A DNA stretch of 57,691 nt from a virus (IMGVR_UViG_3300044631_002111:1-57691); one strand, 5' to 3'; positions 28,119 to 37,557 are shown, counted from the stretch's first letter. The notes: generated from the letters alone by a model not told the origin. Translations and numbers: made by a program.

Positions 28119-29918
28119 TCAAATAGAAAATTTGCTAAACTTGATGGACTTGCCCGAGTTAGCGGCGGAGAGCTTTCCAAAAGTAATTTTACGCTTCACC
28201 TGAATCGAGGTCTCTTGACGCTTCATAGTTACTGTCATGCCACCGAATCCGAACCTTTGACGACACAGCTCAATCAAAATCATGGCCGCGTCGGCCAAGT
28301 CAGGTGATGCGCCGGTCCGGGCTTTCATGTCCGTCTTGCTTTCGACCTCCATGCGGATGGACGCCCCTTTCTTGGTGGAATACTTCCGGGCGCACATCTC
28401 CTTGGCCAGTTCGCGGTCTATGCCCTTGAGCTGCCCGGTCCGAATCAGCTCTTTGGCCCCGAACCACAACTCGGAAACCCTGTTGGTATACCGCTCGCTG
28501 CTAAGAGCGGAGTCGGAGATAGAGACAGGAAGTTCGCTAGCCTTGCCGCCGAACTGAACGCCCAGAACTTCGGGCGACCAGACCATGGAGACGACGTCCC
28601 CGAACGGACCACCAGCTCCAGACTTGTCGTAGGAAGCGCACCAAGGTTCCACTCCCTCCGCCTCACAGGCGTCTTTGAACTGCTGGACGATTTGTTCAGT
28701 CCGGGTTCGTTTCTTGTCGTGAACATTGTCCTGAAGAAGTTTCCGGTGGGTAAACATGAGTGTCGGAATCCCGTCCCGCGAGATGCCGAACTCCCCAAAT
28801 TGTATTGGAGTGCGGTCGCCTCCATTGGTGAAGGCCGGGTCCAGGCCAGCTATCTTGGTCGGCGGCTCTAGCCAGATCGCCTCCCCGTCCGCCCCTGCCG
28901 AAATGATCTCCGTCTCAGAGTAAATGTTGTCCTCGTCTCCCGTGGGGGCCCAGTACCCGCGGAACATGCGGTAGTAGGCCAGCGAGTTCTCCCCAAACCG
29001 AGCTTTGGCCTCGTCCAACTTAGCCTGGGTGACAATCCAGGGGTAAATCGTCTTTCCGGTCAGCACGTTCGGGCTGCGCTCCCCGTCAAACCGGATACAC
29101 AGTCCGCGCTCAGTGTCCCACTCCTCTTCCAGGGGGCTGATCGACTGCCAACCGCCCTTTGGTTTGGCTAAAATACCGAACGCGTCAAAGCGGCTGGCGG
29201 GGTTCCCGATCCCGATGAACTGGAACTCGGGGTTTAAGGACAGATTCGACGCCGAGGCCTCCAAAATTGACTCGGAAAGCTCGGGCATCTCGTCAGCGAT
29301 AACAATGACGCGCCGATTTTTGAACCCGATCAATTTTCCCACGGCTTCTTTTTCTTTTTTCTTCTCGGCCGCGATGAGCGTGATGCCGCATTTGTCCGAA
29401 GTTCCGCCCGTTCCGTCCTCGAACCGGATAAGCCCCATGGAATCGACAAGTTTCCCCGGCAGCGGAGGTGCAGCTTGCCAGTAATCCCGAATACTCCCCC
29501 AAATGCGTTTGCGGGAATCCTTCAAAGTGGTCGAAGTTACGAGCACCATCGTGTCATAAGGCGCGGCGATGAAATTCACGATCGCCCACACGGCGAAAAA
29601 ATCCGTTTTCCCAGACGAAGCACACCCGGCCACGGCGAGGTATTGATTGGCGCAGGACGCTTCCAACATCCGTTCGGCCCATGGGTGCCAGACGAAGGGT
29701 TTCGGACCGTCTTCCGGCCACAGAGCTGACACGATGCGCTTGAAATGATGCTCGGGCGTCTCCCCGCCTTTCTCCAGCGGCATCGGATTGCGAAACGAAA
29801 ACAGTTCGCGGTTGAATTGGTCGATCTTTTTGCTCCACCAACGCCCGTACTGCCACTCTTTGTCGGAGACATCGACGACACGGCCATCCGCCGTGCGAAT
29901 TTTTCCTCGTGATGACAT
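28119..29918 (-). CDS. terL: Terminase large subunit
   Basis: Walker A GCASSGKT, Walker B IVIADE, GIGNP coupling motif, nuclease GLDPAF and SPDLADA. Confidence 0.93.
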   Translation of the reverse strand: MSSRGKIRTADGRVVDVSDKEWQYGRWWSKKIDQFNRELFSFRNPMPLEKGGETPEHHFKRIVSALWPEDGPKPFVWHPWAERMLEASCANQYLAVAGCASSGKTDFFAVWAIVNFIAAPYDTMVLVTSTTLKDSRKRIWGSIRDYWQAAPPLPGKLVDSMGLIRFEDGTGGTSDKCGITLIAAEKKKEKEAVGKLIGFKNRRVIVIADEMPELSESILEASASNLSLNPEFQFIGIGNPASRFDAFGILAKPKGGWQSISPLEEEWDTERGLCIRFDGERSPNVLTGKTIYPWIVTQAKLDEAKARFGENSLAYYRMFRGYWAPTGDEDNIYSETEIISAGADGEAIWLEPPTKIAGLDPAFTNGGDRTPIQFGEFGISRDGIPTLMFTHRKLLQDNVHDKKRTRTEQIVQQFKDACEAEGVEPWCASYDKSGAGGPFGDVVSMVWSPEVLGVQFGGKASELPVSISDSALSSERYTNRVSELWFGAKELIRTGQLKGIDRELAKEMCARKYSTKKGASIRMEVESKTDMKARTGASPDLADAAMILIELCRQRFGFGGMTVTMKRQETSIQVKRKITFGKLSAANSGKSIKFSKFSI

Positions 29919-29985
29919 TTTTTTCAGCCTGTCACCATTCCGTCACCACTTTGCTCCGATTTCTTCACTTACTCTGTAAAAAAAC

Positions 29986-30010
29986 CGGAGCCTACGGGGC
30001 TCGAACCCGC
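29986..30010 (-). other. attP: attP core = 3' end of a tRNA (T-arm plus acceptor 3' strand, probably tRNA-Asp)
   Basis: Minus strand reads GCGGG-TTCGAGC-CCCGT-AGGCTCC-G; there is no 5' half; it lies ~160 bp upstream of the integrase; discriminator G and GGAG acceptor fit tRNA-Asp. Confidence 0.8.
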
Positions 30011-30047
30011 ATTCGCATACACCAGTTCCATATAACTGCATTAGGGT

Positions 30048-30077
30048 ATATTAACCCAAAACAGAGTGTTTCGTCAA
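30048..30077 (-). promoter_or_regulatory. Putative leftward (terL/virion operon) promoter
   Basis: TTGACG (30077-30072), 18 nt, TAATAT (30053-30048); bracketed by two 13-bp motifs. Confidence 0.55.
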
Positions 30078-30170
30078 GGGGTTTCATACACCATGACCAA
30101 AAAAGAGTGTCGGTATATTCCACTTTCCCGGTTGACAAGCGTCACCAAGCGTCACCATATTGCGGCACCT

Positions 30171-31334
30171 ATGAAGTTAAAAAAGACCAAAAACATCGTG
30201 TATCCTTTCGTCCAAAAGACCCCCTTCGGGAGCGTGAACATCTACCGACAGGGTCAGGGCAGAACAAGATACTTTGTCACCTGGACGGGGGAGAACGGGC
30301 GGCAGAGAGCGGCCTTCGACAACGAAGTCACAGCGCACCAACGCGCGGAGGAGATCATCGAAGATTTCCGTCGCGGAGTATCCTTGAGAAACAACATCAC
30401 CTCCGCCCAAGCGGCTCGGATTGCCGAATACAGCTCCGTCCTATCCGAGCACAACGTGTCCATAGGGGATGCGGTGAAATTTTTCGTCTCGCACGTCACC
30501 AACACAGCAAAAACGAAGAAAGACGCCTTACTCGCGGCACACGAATATCTCAGCTCGTTCGAGGAACAATCGTCCAAGAACCGGCACTACTCGACAGTCC
30601 GCTCGATCTGCATGCAGTTCGGAAGAGCTTTTAGGAAAACTCTCGACGCTATAACGCTCAAAGAACTCGACACCTACTTGCGGGGAATCTCGTCCTCCGG
30701 GAGAACTCGGAACAACCATCTCGGCACGCTCAAAACTTTTTTCAAGTGGGCGCAGAAATGGGGGTATATGGCTACCGGTGAGATGGAGATCGACAAGATC
30801 GACCAGTTTAAACAGGCCATCTCTCCCATCGAAATCTTCACCCCCGCGGAAATGCGCAAGCTGCTGGCGAATGCGAGCGAAGAGCTGTTGCCTGCCCTGG
30901 TTGTCGGCGCTTTCGCGGGCGTTCGCACGGCGGAAATCAGCCGAATGCACTGGGAGGACATCCGCTTGGATGAAAAAGTCATCATGCTCGACTCCCAAAA
31001 GACTAAGACCAAGCGGCGCCGGATGCCCCTGATCTGCGACAACTTGGCGGCTTGGTTGGAGAAGCTCAAAGGGGACAAGACGGGCCCAATACGCTGCGGC
31101 CAGACCAAGTTCCACCACGACAGGGCCGCGCTCTGCGAAAAGGTTGGGATTCCTTGGAAAGACAACGGGCTTCGCAAAAGCTACATTTCCTACCGCATGG
31201 CCCAGCCGGACGCGGACGCCCAGAAGGTTTCCAAGCAGTGCGGAAATTCCGCGGACATGGTGGAGGAGTGCTACAAAGGCTTAGTTCCTCCAAGCGCAGC
31301 AAACGAGTGGTTTTCCCTCTTACCCCAGCAATGA
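30171..31334 (+). CDS. int: Tyrosine integrase
   Basis: AGVRTAEI (Arg I), KTK (Lys), NGLRKSY (H-x-x-R box variant), CGNS and Tyr in EECYK; likely start ATG 30171. Confidence 0.92.
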   Translation: MKLKKTKNIVYPFVQKTPFGSVNIYRQGQGRTRYFVTWTGENGRQRAAFDNEVTAHQRAEEIIEDFRRGVSLRNNITSAQAARIAEYSSVLSEHNVSIGDAVKFFVSHVTNTAKTKKDALLAAHEYLSSFEEQSSKNRHYSTVRSICMQFGRAFRKTLDAITLKELDTYLRGISSSGRTRNNHLGTLKTFFKWAQKWGYMATGEMEIDKIDQFKQAISPIEIFTPAEMRKLLANASEELLPALVVGAFAGVRTAEISRMHWEDIRLDEKVIMLDSQKTKTKRRRMPLICDNLAAWLEKLKGDKTGPIRCGQTKFHHDRAALCEKVGIPWKDNGLRKSYISYRMAQPDADAQKVSKQCGNSADMVEECYKGLVPPSAANEWFSLLPQQ

Positions 31335-31406
31335 ATACCGCACGGCGCCCAATCCGAACCGATGGCACTAACGCAAAGAACTTTGGCGCTATTTTAATTT
31401 TGTGGT

Positions 31407-31435
31407 TGCATACACCATGGCCCTGATGTAATTTG
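31407..31435 (+). promoter_or_regulatory. Promoter of the RHH/xis/replication operon
   Basis: TTGCAT, 17 nt, TAATTT; the -35 element is embedded in GGTTGCATACACC (31404-31416). Confidence 0.6.
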
Positions 31436-31487
31436 AAAATGTTTCCGAACTACCCGTTTGAAAACACCAACCCTAAAAAAAACCATA

Positions 31488-31682
31488 ATGCCTAACAAAA
31501 TAGCCGACCACCGACGCCGAGTGGTATACATCGAAGAAAAAGAAAATTGGGACTTAATGTGTGAAGTCGCAAAACGCAACGGGATACCTCCGTCTGCCAT
31601 CATTCGAGCTGCCACGCATCAAATCTGCGAAAAGCTGCGTGCGGACCCCAAAGTTCGCTTCATCCAGCCCATCTTCAGTTAG
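31488..31682 (+). CDS. Ribbon-helix-helix transcriptional regulator (candidate repressor)
   Basis: RRVVYI strand + WDLMCEVAKRNG + PSAIIRAA helices. Confidence 0.6.
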   Translation: MPNKIADHRRRVVYIEEKENWDLMCEVAKRNGIPPSAIIRAATHQICEKLRADPKVRFIQPIFS

Positions 31683-31685
31683 CCT

Positions 31686-32012
31686 ATGGGCGGTTCGATC
31701 ACGCTAGAAGCCGCCTCCTTCAGGGTCATCGCCCTGAACGAAGGTCGCATCAAGATCGAGCTGGAGGACGCGGATCTCTCCGGACTGACGTCGATTGCGC
31801 CAGTCGCCGTGTATGACAAAAGTAAACTTGCACGGCGGCTGGGCGTAACGAAGAGGTCAATCGACAACTACATCCGGCAGGCCCGTCATCCCCTGCCCTA
31901 CACGATTGCCATGGGTAGGGCGCGCTTTTTGGAAAGCGATGTGGAAGAGTGGCTGCGAGCGGGAGCCTCACCGGCTGCACGTAGAGTGCGCGCACGCCTG
32001 ACCAACCTATGA
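31686..32012 (+). CDS. xis: Excisionase/AlpA-like winged-HTH protein
   Basis: KSKLARRLGVTKRSIDNY...LP......ARFLESDVEEWL. Confidence 0.7.
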   Translation: MGGSITLEAASFRVIALNEGRIKIELEDADLSGLTSIAPVAVYDKSKLARRLGVTKRSIDNYIRQARHPLPYTIAMGRARFLESDVEEWLRAGASPAARRVRARLTNL

Positions 32013-32485
32013 GCGCCATCCTTGCCCTTGATCTTGCCACCCAGACCGGCTGGGCCTACCACGCTAACGGACTGATTTCGTCGGGCAGCGAGGGGTTCAA
32101 GCTCAAAAAGAACGGCGGGCCAGGAGTCAGGTTCCTTAAGTTCCGATCGTGGCTCCGCGACCAACTTGTTGAGGTGAAGCCGGAGCTGATTGTCTACGAG
32201 GAGGTCATGCGCTGGTCGTCCGGTGCCGCTGCGAAATGCTATTGCGGCTTACTTGGGGTACTGCAAACCGAGTGCGAGGCGAAGGAAATCAAGTATGAAG
32301 GAGTCCATGTCGGCACGATCAAAAAGTTCGCGACGAAGAAGGGCAATGCGACCAAGGAGCAGATGATCGAGGCAGCAAAAGACCTGGGATTTGGGCCGCA
32401 GGATGACAATGAGGCCGACGCCCTGCACATTTTGCTTTTATTTTGTCAGAGGTTGAATATACCACTACCCCACCCGACCAAATGA
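32009..32485 (+). CDS. RuvC-like Holliday junction resolvase
   Basis: ILALDLATQTGWA, VYEE, KKFAT.KGNA.K, DDNEADAL. Confidence 0.88.
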   Translation: MSAILALDLATQTGWAYHANGLISSGSEGFKLKKNGGPGVRFLKFRSWLRDQLVEVKPELIVYEEVMRWSSGAAAKCYCGLLGVLQTECEAKEIKYEGVHVGTIKKFATKKGNATKEQMIEAAKDLGFGPQDDNEADALHILLLFCQRLNIPLPHPTK

Positions 32486-32913
32486 CGCCCGAAGTCGAAG
32501 AACAACTCGAAGGTCTGCTGCTGGCCACCGGCTACGACGATTGCCTCCTCGGGATCGCCGAACGCTGCGGACAACCCAACGCCGCCGCCTACGACGCGCA
32601 GAAAATCGCGCGGTCTCTCATGCGGCAGGGCATGTCTGAAGAGGAAGCCTGGGAATTTTTTTATTTCAACATCTCCGGCGCCTACGTCGGGGAACTAACG
32701 CCCATATTTATCCACAAATTATGCCAACCAAAACAAAAAGCCGAGTCAACCAAGCCAACAACTACACGAAGCCGTCGATGCGAAAACGCCTCTTTGAAAA
32801 AATCAAAGCGGGAACCAAGGGCGGGGACCCCGGCGAGTGGTCGGCGCGCAAAGCGCAACTACTCGCGACTAAATACAAAGCGAACGGCGGCGGCTACCGC
32901 GACTAAGAAATGA
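32482..32913 (+). CDS. Conserved phage hypothetical protein (…GYDD..LG…EEAWEFF.FNI.GAYVG..TPIF)
   Basis: Recognisable phage family; the C-terminal extension overlaps the next ORF. Confidence 0.6.
   Translation: MTPEVEEQLEGLLLATGYDDCLLGIAERCGQPNAAAYDAQKIARSLMRQGMSEEEAWEFFYFNISGAYVGELTPIFIHKLCQPKQKAESTKPTTTRSRRCENASLKKSKREPRAGTPASGRRAKRNYSRLNTKRTAAATATKK
32721..32906 (+). CDS. Basic protein, DUF5872-like N-terminal half
   Basis: NYTKP..R......IKAG.KGG.PGEWSARKAQLL...YK..GGGY. Confidence 0.7.
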   Translation: MPTKTKSRVNQANNYTKPSMRKRLFEKIKAGTKGGDPGEWSARKAQLLATKYKANGGGYRD

Positions 32914-33140
32914 AAAAGCCGCAAACCTCTCTGAAGAACTGGACCGCACAAAAGTGGCGCACCTCCGATGGCTCCCCGTCCAAAGGCAAAAAACGCTACC
33001 TGCCCGACGCGGCATGGGGCTCGTTGACCAAGTCAGAAAAAGCCTCGACCAACCGCGCAAAAGCCAAAGGCAACCGAGCAGGAAAACAGTTCGTCAGTCA
33101 ACCCAAGAAGATAGCCGCGAAGACCGCACGCTATCGCTAA
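32910..33140 (+). CDS. Basic protein, DUF5872-like C-terminal half
   Basis: Q.SL..WT.QKWRT.DG....RYLP..AW..L...EK..T...K..G...GKQFV. Confidence 0.7.
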   Translation: MKKPQTSLKNWTAQKWRTSDGSPSKGKKRYLPDAAWGSLTKSEKASTNRAKAKGNRAGKQFVSQPKKIAAKTARYR

Positions 33141-33154
33141 CCCCAACCAACAAT

Positions 33155-33421
33155 ATGCCAAACAAAACCGCAGCCTGGACCAGAAAAGAAGGTAAAAACC
33201 CGAAAGGCGGGCTCAACGCCAAAGGCAGAGCCAGCTACAACCGCGCCACCGGAGGGAACCTCAAACCCCCCGCGCCTAAGCCCAAGACCGCGAAAGACGC
33301 CGGACGACGTAAGTCGTTTTGCGCGCGCATGTCGGGCATGAAGTCGAAGCTGACCAGCGCCAAAACCAAGAACGATCCGAACAGCCGCATCAACAAGTCG
33401 TTGAGGGCCTGGAACTGCTAA
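33155..33421 (+). CDS. Basic phage protein (DUF6321-like)
   Basis: KNPKGGLNAKGR...RRKSFCARM.G...DPNSRINKSLR.W.C. Confidence 0.7.
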   Translation: MPNKTAAWTRKEGKNPKGGLNAKGRASYNRATGGNLKPPAPKPKTAKDAGRRKSFCARMSGMKSKLTSAKTKNDPNSRINKSLRAWNC

Positions 33422-33425
33422 AGCC

Positions 33426-33590
33426 ATGGCGGACGAAAGACTTGAGCGCAATTGGAAGATGGCCAACGCCGCATCCGACAACGTGATGCGACCGGCCAGC
33501 GAGCAATACCGCGCCAACTACGACGAAATCTTTCGGAGCAAATCTCCGACGCAGCAACCTCCCGACGAGACTCCGTGCCAGCCAAAGTGA
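33426..33590 (+). CDS. Small phage peptide (YR.NYD.IF family)
   Basis: Read by eye; 54 aa; GTGA overlap with the kinase start. Confidence 0.5.
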   Translation: MADERLERNWKMANAASDNVMRPASEQYRANYDEIFRSKSPTQQPPDETPCQPK

Positions 33591-34126
33591 CGCCGCCCCG
33601 CCTGGTTGCTTTGTGTGGCCAAGCCGGTTCCGGAAAATCCACTTGCTCGGAGTTTCTTGAGCGGGAATGGGGGTATCATCTAATTAAGTTTGCCGCTCCT
33701 CTCAAAGAGATGTTGCGGGCCCTAGGACTCTCCCCAGCTCACCTTGAGGGAGACTTAAAAGAAACGCCCACAGAGCTGCTTGCAGGGCAAACCCCGCGTT
33801 GGGCTATGCAAACACTCGGAACCGAATGGGGAAGAGAACTAATGGGGCCGGATATCTGGGCGAACGCGTGGGAGCACGCGGCGACTCTAGTTCTGAACGA
33901 AGGGGGGACAGTGGTTGTCGACGACTGCCGCTTCCCAAACGAACTGGAAGCAGTTCGTCACTTGGGGGGAGTGGCCATAAACATACTGCGCCCGTCTCTT
34001 CGCATTCCGTGGGAGCACAAGTCGGAAAGCCACGAACTGCCCACCGACCACACTATTGTCAACGACCACGACCGAACCCATTTACTGGACAGACTCTGCG
34101 CCATCCTGAAGCTCAACTGCCTATGA
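33587..34126 (+). CDS. Deoxynucleoside monophosphate kinase
   Basis: G.AGSGKST P-loop, FAAPLK, TPR.AMQ.LGTEWGR, DDCRF.NE, H.SE. Confidence 0.9.
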   Translation: MTPPRLVALCGQAGSGKSTCSEFLEREWGYHLIKFAAPLKEMLRALGLSPAHLEGDLKETPTELLAGQTPRWAMQTLGTEWGRELMGPDIWANAWEHAATLVLNEGGTVVVDDCRFPNELEAVRHLGGVAINILRPSLRIPWEHKSESHELPTDHTIVNDHDRTHLLDRLCAILKLNCL

Positions 34127-34341
34127 CCGCTACACTCGCATTCTCGCTGCCGGAGGAAAACGAAGAGCACCTAAACGCTCTGCAAGGATGGGAGTGGAAA
34201 CTGGTCGTCATTGAAATCCACGATCAACTCAGGAACTACAGCAAGCACGGACATTCATTCAAAGATGCGGATGGGTGTATCGACGAACTAAGGACCGTGC
34301 TCAACGCCCTGATCGAAGAACGCGGACTGCTGCTACATTGA
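34123..34341 (+). CDS. Hypothetical protein (M.A.L.F.LPEE family)
   Basis: 72 aa, coupled to both neighbours. Confidence 0.6.
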   Translation: MTATLAFSLPEENEEHLNALQGWEWKLVVIEIHDQLRNYSKHGHSFKDADGCIDELRTVLNALIEERGLLLH

Positions 34342-35624
34342 AAACTCTCTACCCACGGCAGGAAAAGCACGTCGACAAACTCATCGCCGCGCTTGAAACC
34401 TGCGGCTCCGCCCTCGACAGCTCGGAGACTGGCACCGGCAAGACGGTGTGTGGGGCTGAGATCGCCCGCCGCGCCAACGCCAACACGCTCGTCGTCTGCC
34501 CCAAAGCCGTCATCCCCTCGTGGGAAAAAGAATTAAAGGAGCGCGGGGTAAAAGCCGACGTCATCAACTATGAGAAGCTGCGCACGGGTAAAACTAGCTT
34601 TGGTAAATGGGTGAACAAAAAGTGGGTGTGGACGGTCCCCCCTTCCCTACTGATCTTCGACGAGGCGCACAAATGCTCCGGTGTTTCGACGCAAAACGCC
34701 AAAATGCTGATCGAGGCCAAAGACCGCCACGTAGTGCTGATGCTCTCGGCCACCCTTGCCAGCAACCCACTGCAAATGCGCGCAGCGGGGTGGTTGCTCG
34801 GAGCGCACATGCTGGGAAACTTTTGGCAATGGGCTCTAAAACACGGGTGCGTCAAAAACCGTTGGAACGGACTTGAGTTCAACGGGACGCACTCGCACAT
34901 CGAAGCGATCGCGCAGCAAATAGCGCATCGTTGCGCACGGATGACTGCGGCCGAACTTGCAGACCACTTTTCCGAAACGCAGATCATTACCGAGCCGCTG
35001 CAATTCGGTGACGAGATCGCGGAGATCTACGAGGAGATGGAACGTGAGCTGCAAGAACTCGAAGAGCGAACGAAGCAAGACAAGACGAACTCGGCGGCGG
35101 AGGCATTGGTGAAACAATTGCGGGCGCGTCAACGCGTAGAGCTTTACAAAGTGCCGGTCATTGTGGGCATGGCGCAGGATCTCCTGGCCGAAGGAAAAAG
35201 TGTCGCCATCTTTGTCAACTTCCAAGCGACCTTAGACGCGTTGTGTGATAAACTGGCTACCACGGCGTACATCGACGGTCGGCAAAGCGCTGCGGAAAGA
35301 CAACGACGCATCGAGAGTTTTCAAAATGACTCCGACCGGATCATCGTGTGCAACACGGCCGCGGGCGGCGTCGGCATATCCCTGCACGACACGCGCGGCA
35401 AATTTCCGAGAGCCGCAATCATTTCGCCGGATTGGAACGAGAAAAACATTTTGCAAGTGGTCGGTCGCGTCCATCGCGCTGGGGGAAAGACCCCATCGTT
35501 GCAGCGGATTCTTTTTGCCGCGGGCACCGTGGAAGAGAAGGTCGAAAAATCCGTCCGCAAAAAAATTTCCCTGCTTAAAACCCTCAATGAAAAAAGTGCT
35601 TGCGCCTTTTCGGAACCCGAATAA
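34338..35624 (+). CDS. SNF2/SF2 DNA helicase
   Basis: ETGTGKT, DEAH, SAT, Q..GRVHR; TTG start overlapping the upstream stop. Confidence 0.9.
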   Translation: MKTLYPRQEKHVDKLIAALETCGSALDSSETGTGKTVCGAEIARRANANTLVVCPKAVIPSWEKELKERGVKADVINYEKLRTGKTSFGKWVNKKWVWTVPPSLLIFDEAHKCSGVSTQNAKMLIEAKDRHVVLMLSATLASNPLQMRAAGWLLGAHMLGNFWQWALKHGCVKNRWNGLEFNGTHSHIEAIAQQIAHRCARMTAAELADHFSETQIITEPLQFGDEIAEIYEEMERELQELEERTKQDKTNSAAEALVKQLRARQRVELYKVPVIVGMAQDLLAEGKSVAIFVNFQATLDALCDKLATTAYIDGRQSAAERQRRIESFQNDSDRIIVCNTAAGGVGISLHDTRGKFPRAAIISPDWNEKNILQVVGRVHRAGGKTPSLQRILFAAGTVEEKVEKSVRKKISLLKTLNEKSACAFSEPE

Positions 35625-35652
35625 TATACCACGCACCTACCTAAAACACCCC

Positions 35653-36762
35653 ATGTCTCCGACCAGCTCTTCCGCTAATCGTCCCCACGCAGAACACGGA
35701 CCCTCCGCACTCAAAAACTATGAAGCATGCCCATCATTCAAAGGCCGCTCCGGCACGAACCCGATCGCCGAAGCGGGTAACCGCATCCACGAAGCGATTG
35801 AAAACAGAGACCCGTCCGTGCTCGTCGACGAAGTCGAGAGAAGCCTCGCTGAGTGGTGTCTGGCATTCCTCGCCGCTAATCGCCATGAGCGATCGGCGAA
35901 CGCAAAGCTGGTGGCATCGCACCAGGAAATCAGGGTCGAAATGCGAGTGGGGGATTTTCACACCTTTGGCACAAGCGATCTCGTCGATCTTTACGATGAT
36001 GGGTCGGGCGCTCTCTACGACTGGAAGACTGGTTACGGAGCTGTGGAGGACGCTGAAGTCAATGTTCAGGTTCAAGCCTACGCCTTCGGCATCTTTGCCA
36101 AATTTCCCCAACTACACACTCTGGACTGCTACCTCGTCCTCCCTAGACGTGGAGAGATTACGTACGCCAAATACGTCCGTGATGACATGGAGCGCGTGCA
36201 ACTGCGCATCGGGACAATCATCGCCCGCGCCAAAGAGTCCGCAGGCAAGATCTTCAACCCGACAGAAGGGGTCTGCGACTACTGCGCGAAACAGGGCAGT
36301 TGCAAAGCGCTCGCCGAAAAAGCGCTCAACATAGGGCATAAAGCCGGGTTCGACGTCCCGAAAAGTATATCCCTAGACGGGACACCGGCCGACAGGGCGA
36401 AGCTGCTCAAACTAGCCAACTTGTTGGCCAATTGGTGTGAGGACACCAAAAAAGAACTTTTGCGCCAAGCAATGGAAGAAGGCGCAGAGATTCCTGGATA
36501 CAAGTTGGACCAACGCCGCACCCCTCGTGCGGTGGAAAATCCTCTGCTCGGTTATGGCGCCGTCAAAGACATGGTGTCGATCGAGGAATACCTTTTGAGC
36601 TGCACCCGAGTGTCGGTGCCGCAGCTTGAAAAATTTGTCGCGGACAAAGCCCCCAAGGGCAAAAAGGCAGAAGCCAAACAGCACTTGGAAGACTTGCTCC
36701 GCGGCAGCGGCGCCCTTCGAGATGAAGGCGTCATCCACCTCTTAAAAGCCATCAAGGCTTAG
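35653..36762 (+). CDS. Cas4-like PD-(D/E)xK exonuclease (DUF2800-like)
   Basis: GPS....CP, G..IH, GTSD, DWKTG, Q...YA, C..C.....C. Confidence 0.85.
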   Translation: MSPTSSSANRPHAEHGPSALKNYEACPSFKGRSGTNPIAEAGNRIHEAIENRDPSVLVDEVERSLAEWCLAFLAANRHERSANAKLVASHQEIRVEMRVGDFHTFGTSDLVDLYDDGSGALYDWKTGYGAVEDAEVNVQVQAYAFGIFAKFPQLHTLDCYLVLPRRGEITYAKYVRDDMERVQLRIGTIIARAKESAGKIFNPTEGVCDYCAKQGSCKALAEKALNIGHKAGFDVPKSISLDGTPADRAKLLKLANLLANWCEDTKKELLRQAMEEGAEIPGYKLDQRRTPRAVENPLLGYGAVKDMVSIEEYLLSCTRVSVPQLEKFVADKAPKGKKAEAKQHLEDLLRGSGALRDEGVIHLLKAIKA

Positions 36763-36804
36763 GAGGTATAATATACCACAACCCAAAACGCAAAAAGTAA
36801 AAAT

Positions 36805-37551
36805 ATGGCAGCAATCACATTCAACCCAAAAACCTCGGCCTCCAACGCGGATCAACCCGTAACGATCACGGCCGAAATCGTCGAAATTCCGGAATCCAAG
36901 GCCGTCGCCTTGGCCGAACCCCGCCCATCGGGCACCAACATCACTCGCGACGACATCGTCTTTCCTCGCATCAATTTGGTGCAGAAAAGCGGCAAACTCT
37001 GCGACGACTTCGCACCAGGGACATTCTTGTTTGAAAAACAAGTTGTCTTGGCCAAGCCGGGCGAAGAGTTCGTCGCGGTCGTGTTGAGCGACAAAAAGTA
37101 TTTCCAAGAGAAAGTGGAATACGGGTCGCCCGATTTTGGACAGCGCGCCGAAACCGAAGAGGAAGTTCGCGCCAAAGGGGGAACCGTGACCTGGGGCATT
37201 CCAGACCGGCCCTACTACCAGTCTGTGGCGGATTTCCTTCTGGCAATTCCCGCGCCCGCTGGGGCCACCCAAGAGCAGCTCGATATGTTTCCGTTCATCG
37301 ACAAGAGCGGAACGCATTGGGCCATGGCTATCTACACCGTTGCCGCCAGTGCCTACACCTCGCTGGCCAAACGCGTCTTCACCGACAAGCTCTACACCCT
37401 GAAAGACGGCCTGCACTTGGGTGAATACCGCATTCACTCAGAACTAAAACGCAACGCCGCGAACTCGTGGTACGTGCCGGTCACCGGCATGCCCAAGCGC
37501 CACAACGACCCGGACAAAGCGAAGTTCTTTGCTGAACTGAAAGGCAACTAA
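36805..37551 (+). CDS. Putative ssDNA-binding/annealing protein
   Basis: DI..PRINLVQK.. motif; located between the nuclease and PolA genes. Confidence 0.55.
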   Translation: MAAITFNPKTSASNADQPVTITAEIVEIPESKAVALAEPRPSGTNITRDDIVFPRINLVQKSGKLCDDFAPGTFLFEKQVVLAKPGEEFVAVVLSDKKYFQEKVEYGSPDFGQRAETEEEVRAKGGTVTWGIPDRPYYQSVADFLLAIPAPAGATQEQLDMFPFIDKSGTHWAMAIYTVAASAYTSLAKRVFTDKLYTLKDGLHLGEYRIHSELKRNAANSWYVPVTGMPKRHNDPDKAKFFAELKGN

Positions 37552-37557
37552 GCAATT

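Larger units (their letters stand above)
29931..30157. repeat. Integrase arm-type-like direct repeats GTCACCA (two pairs flanking the core)
   Basis: GTCACCA at 29931, 29942, 30141 and 30151; the right pair lies in the spacer of the int promoter (TTGACA at 30132). Confidence 0.65.

Noticed and set aside
183-29900. Numerous + strand ORFs (e.g. 750-1478, 5946-7067, 13730-14194 PELV repeats, 22446-23690)
   Set aside because: These are antisense shadows of the minus-strand virion genes caused by GC-rich codon bias.
29960-30060. Complete tRNA gene
   Set aside because: Only the T-arm and 3' acceptor strand are present; no D-arm, anticodon arm or 5' acceptor strand, so it is treated as the att core.
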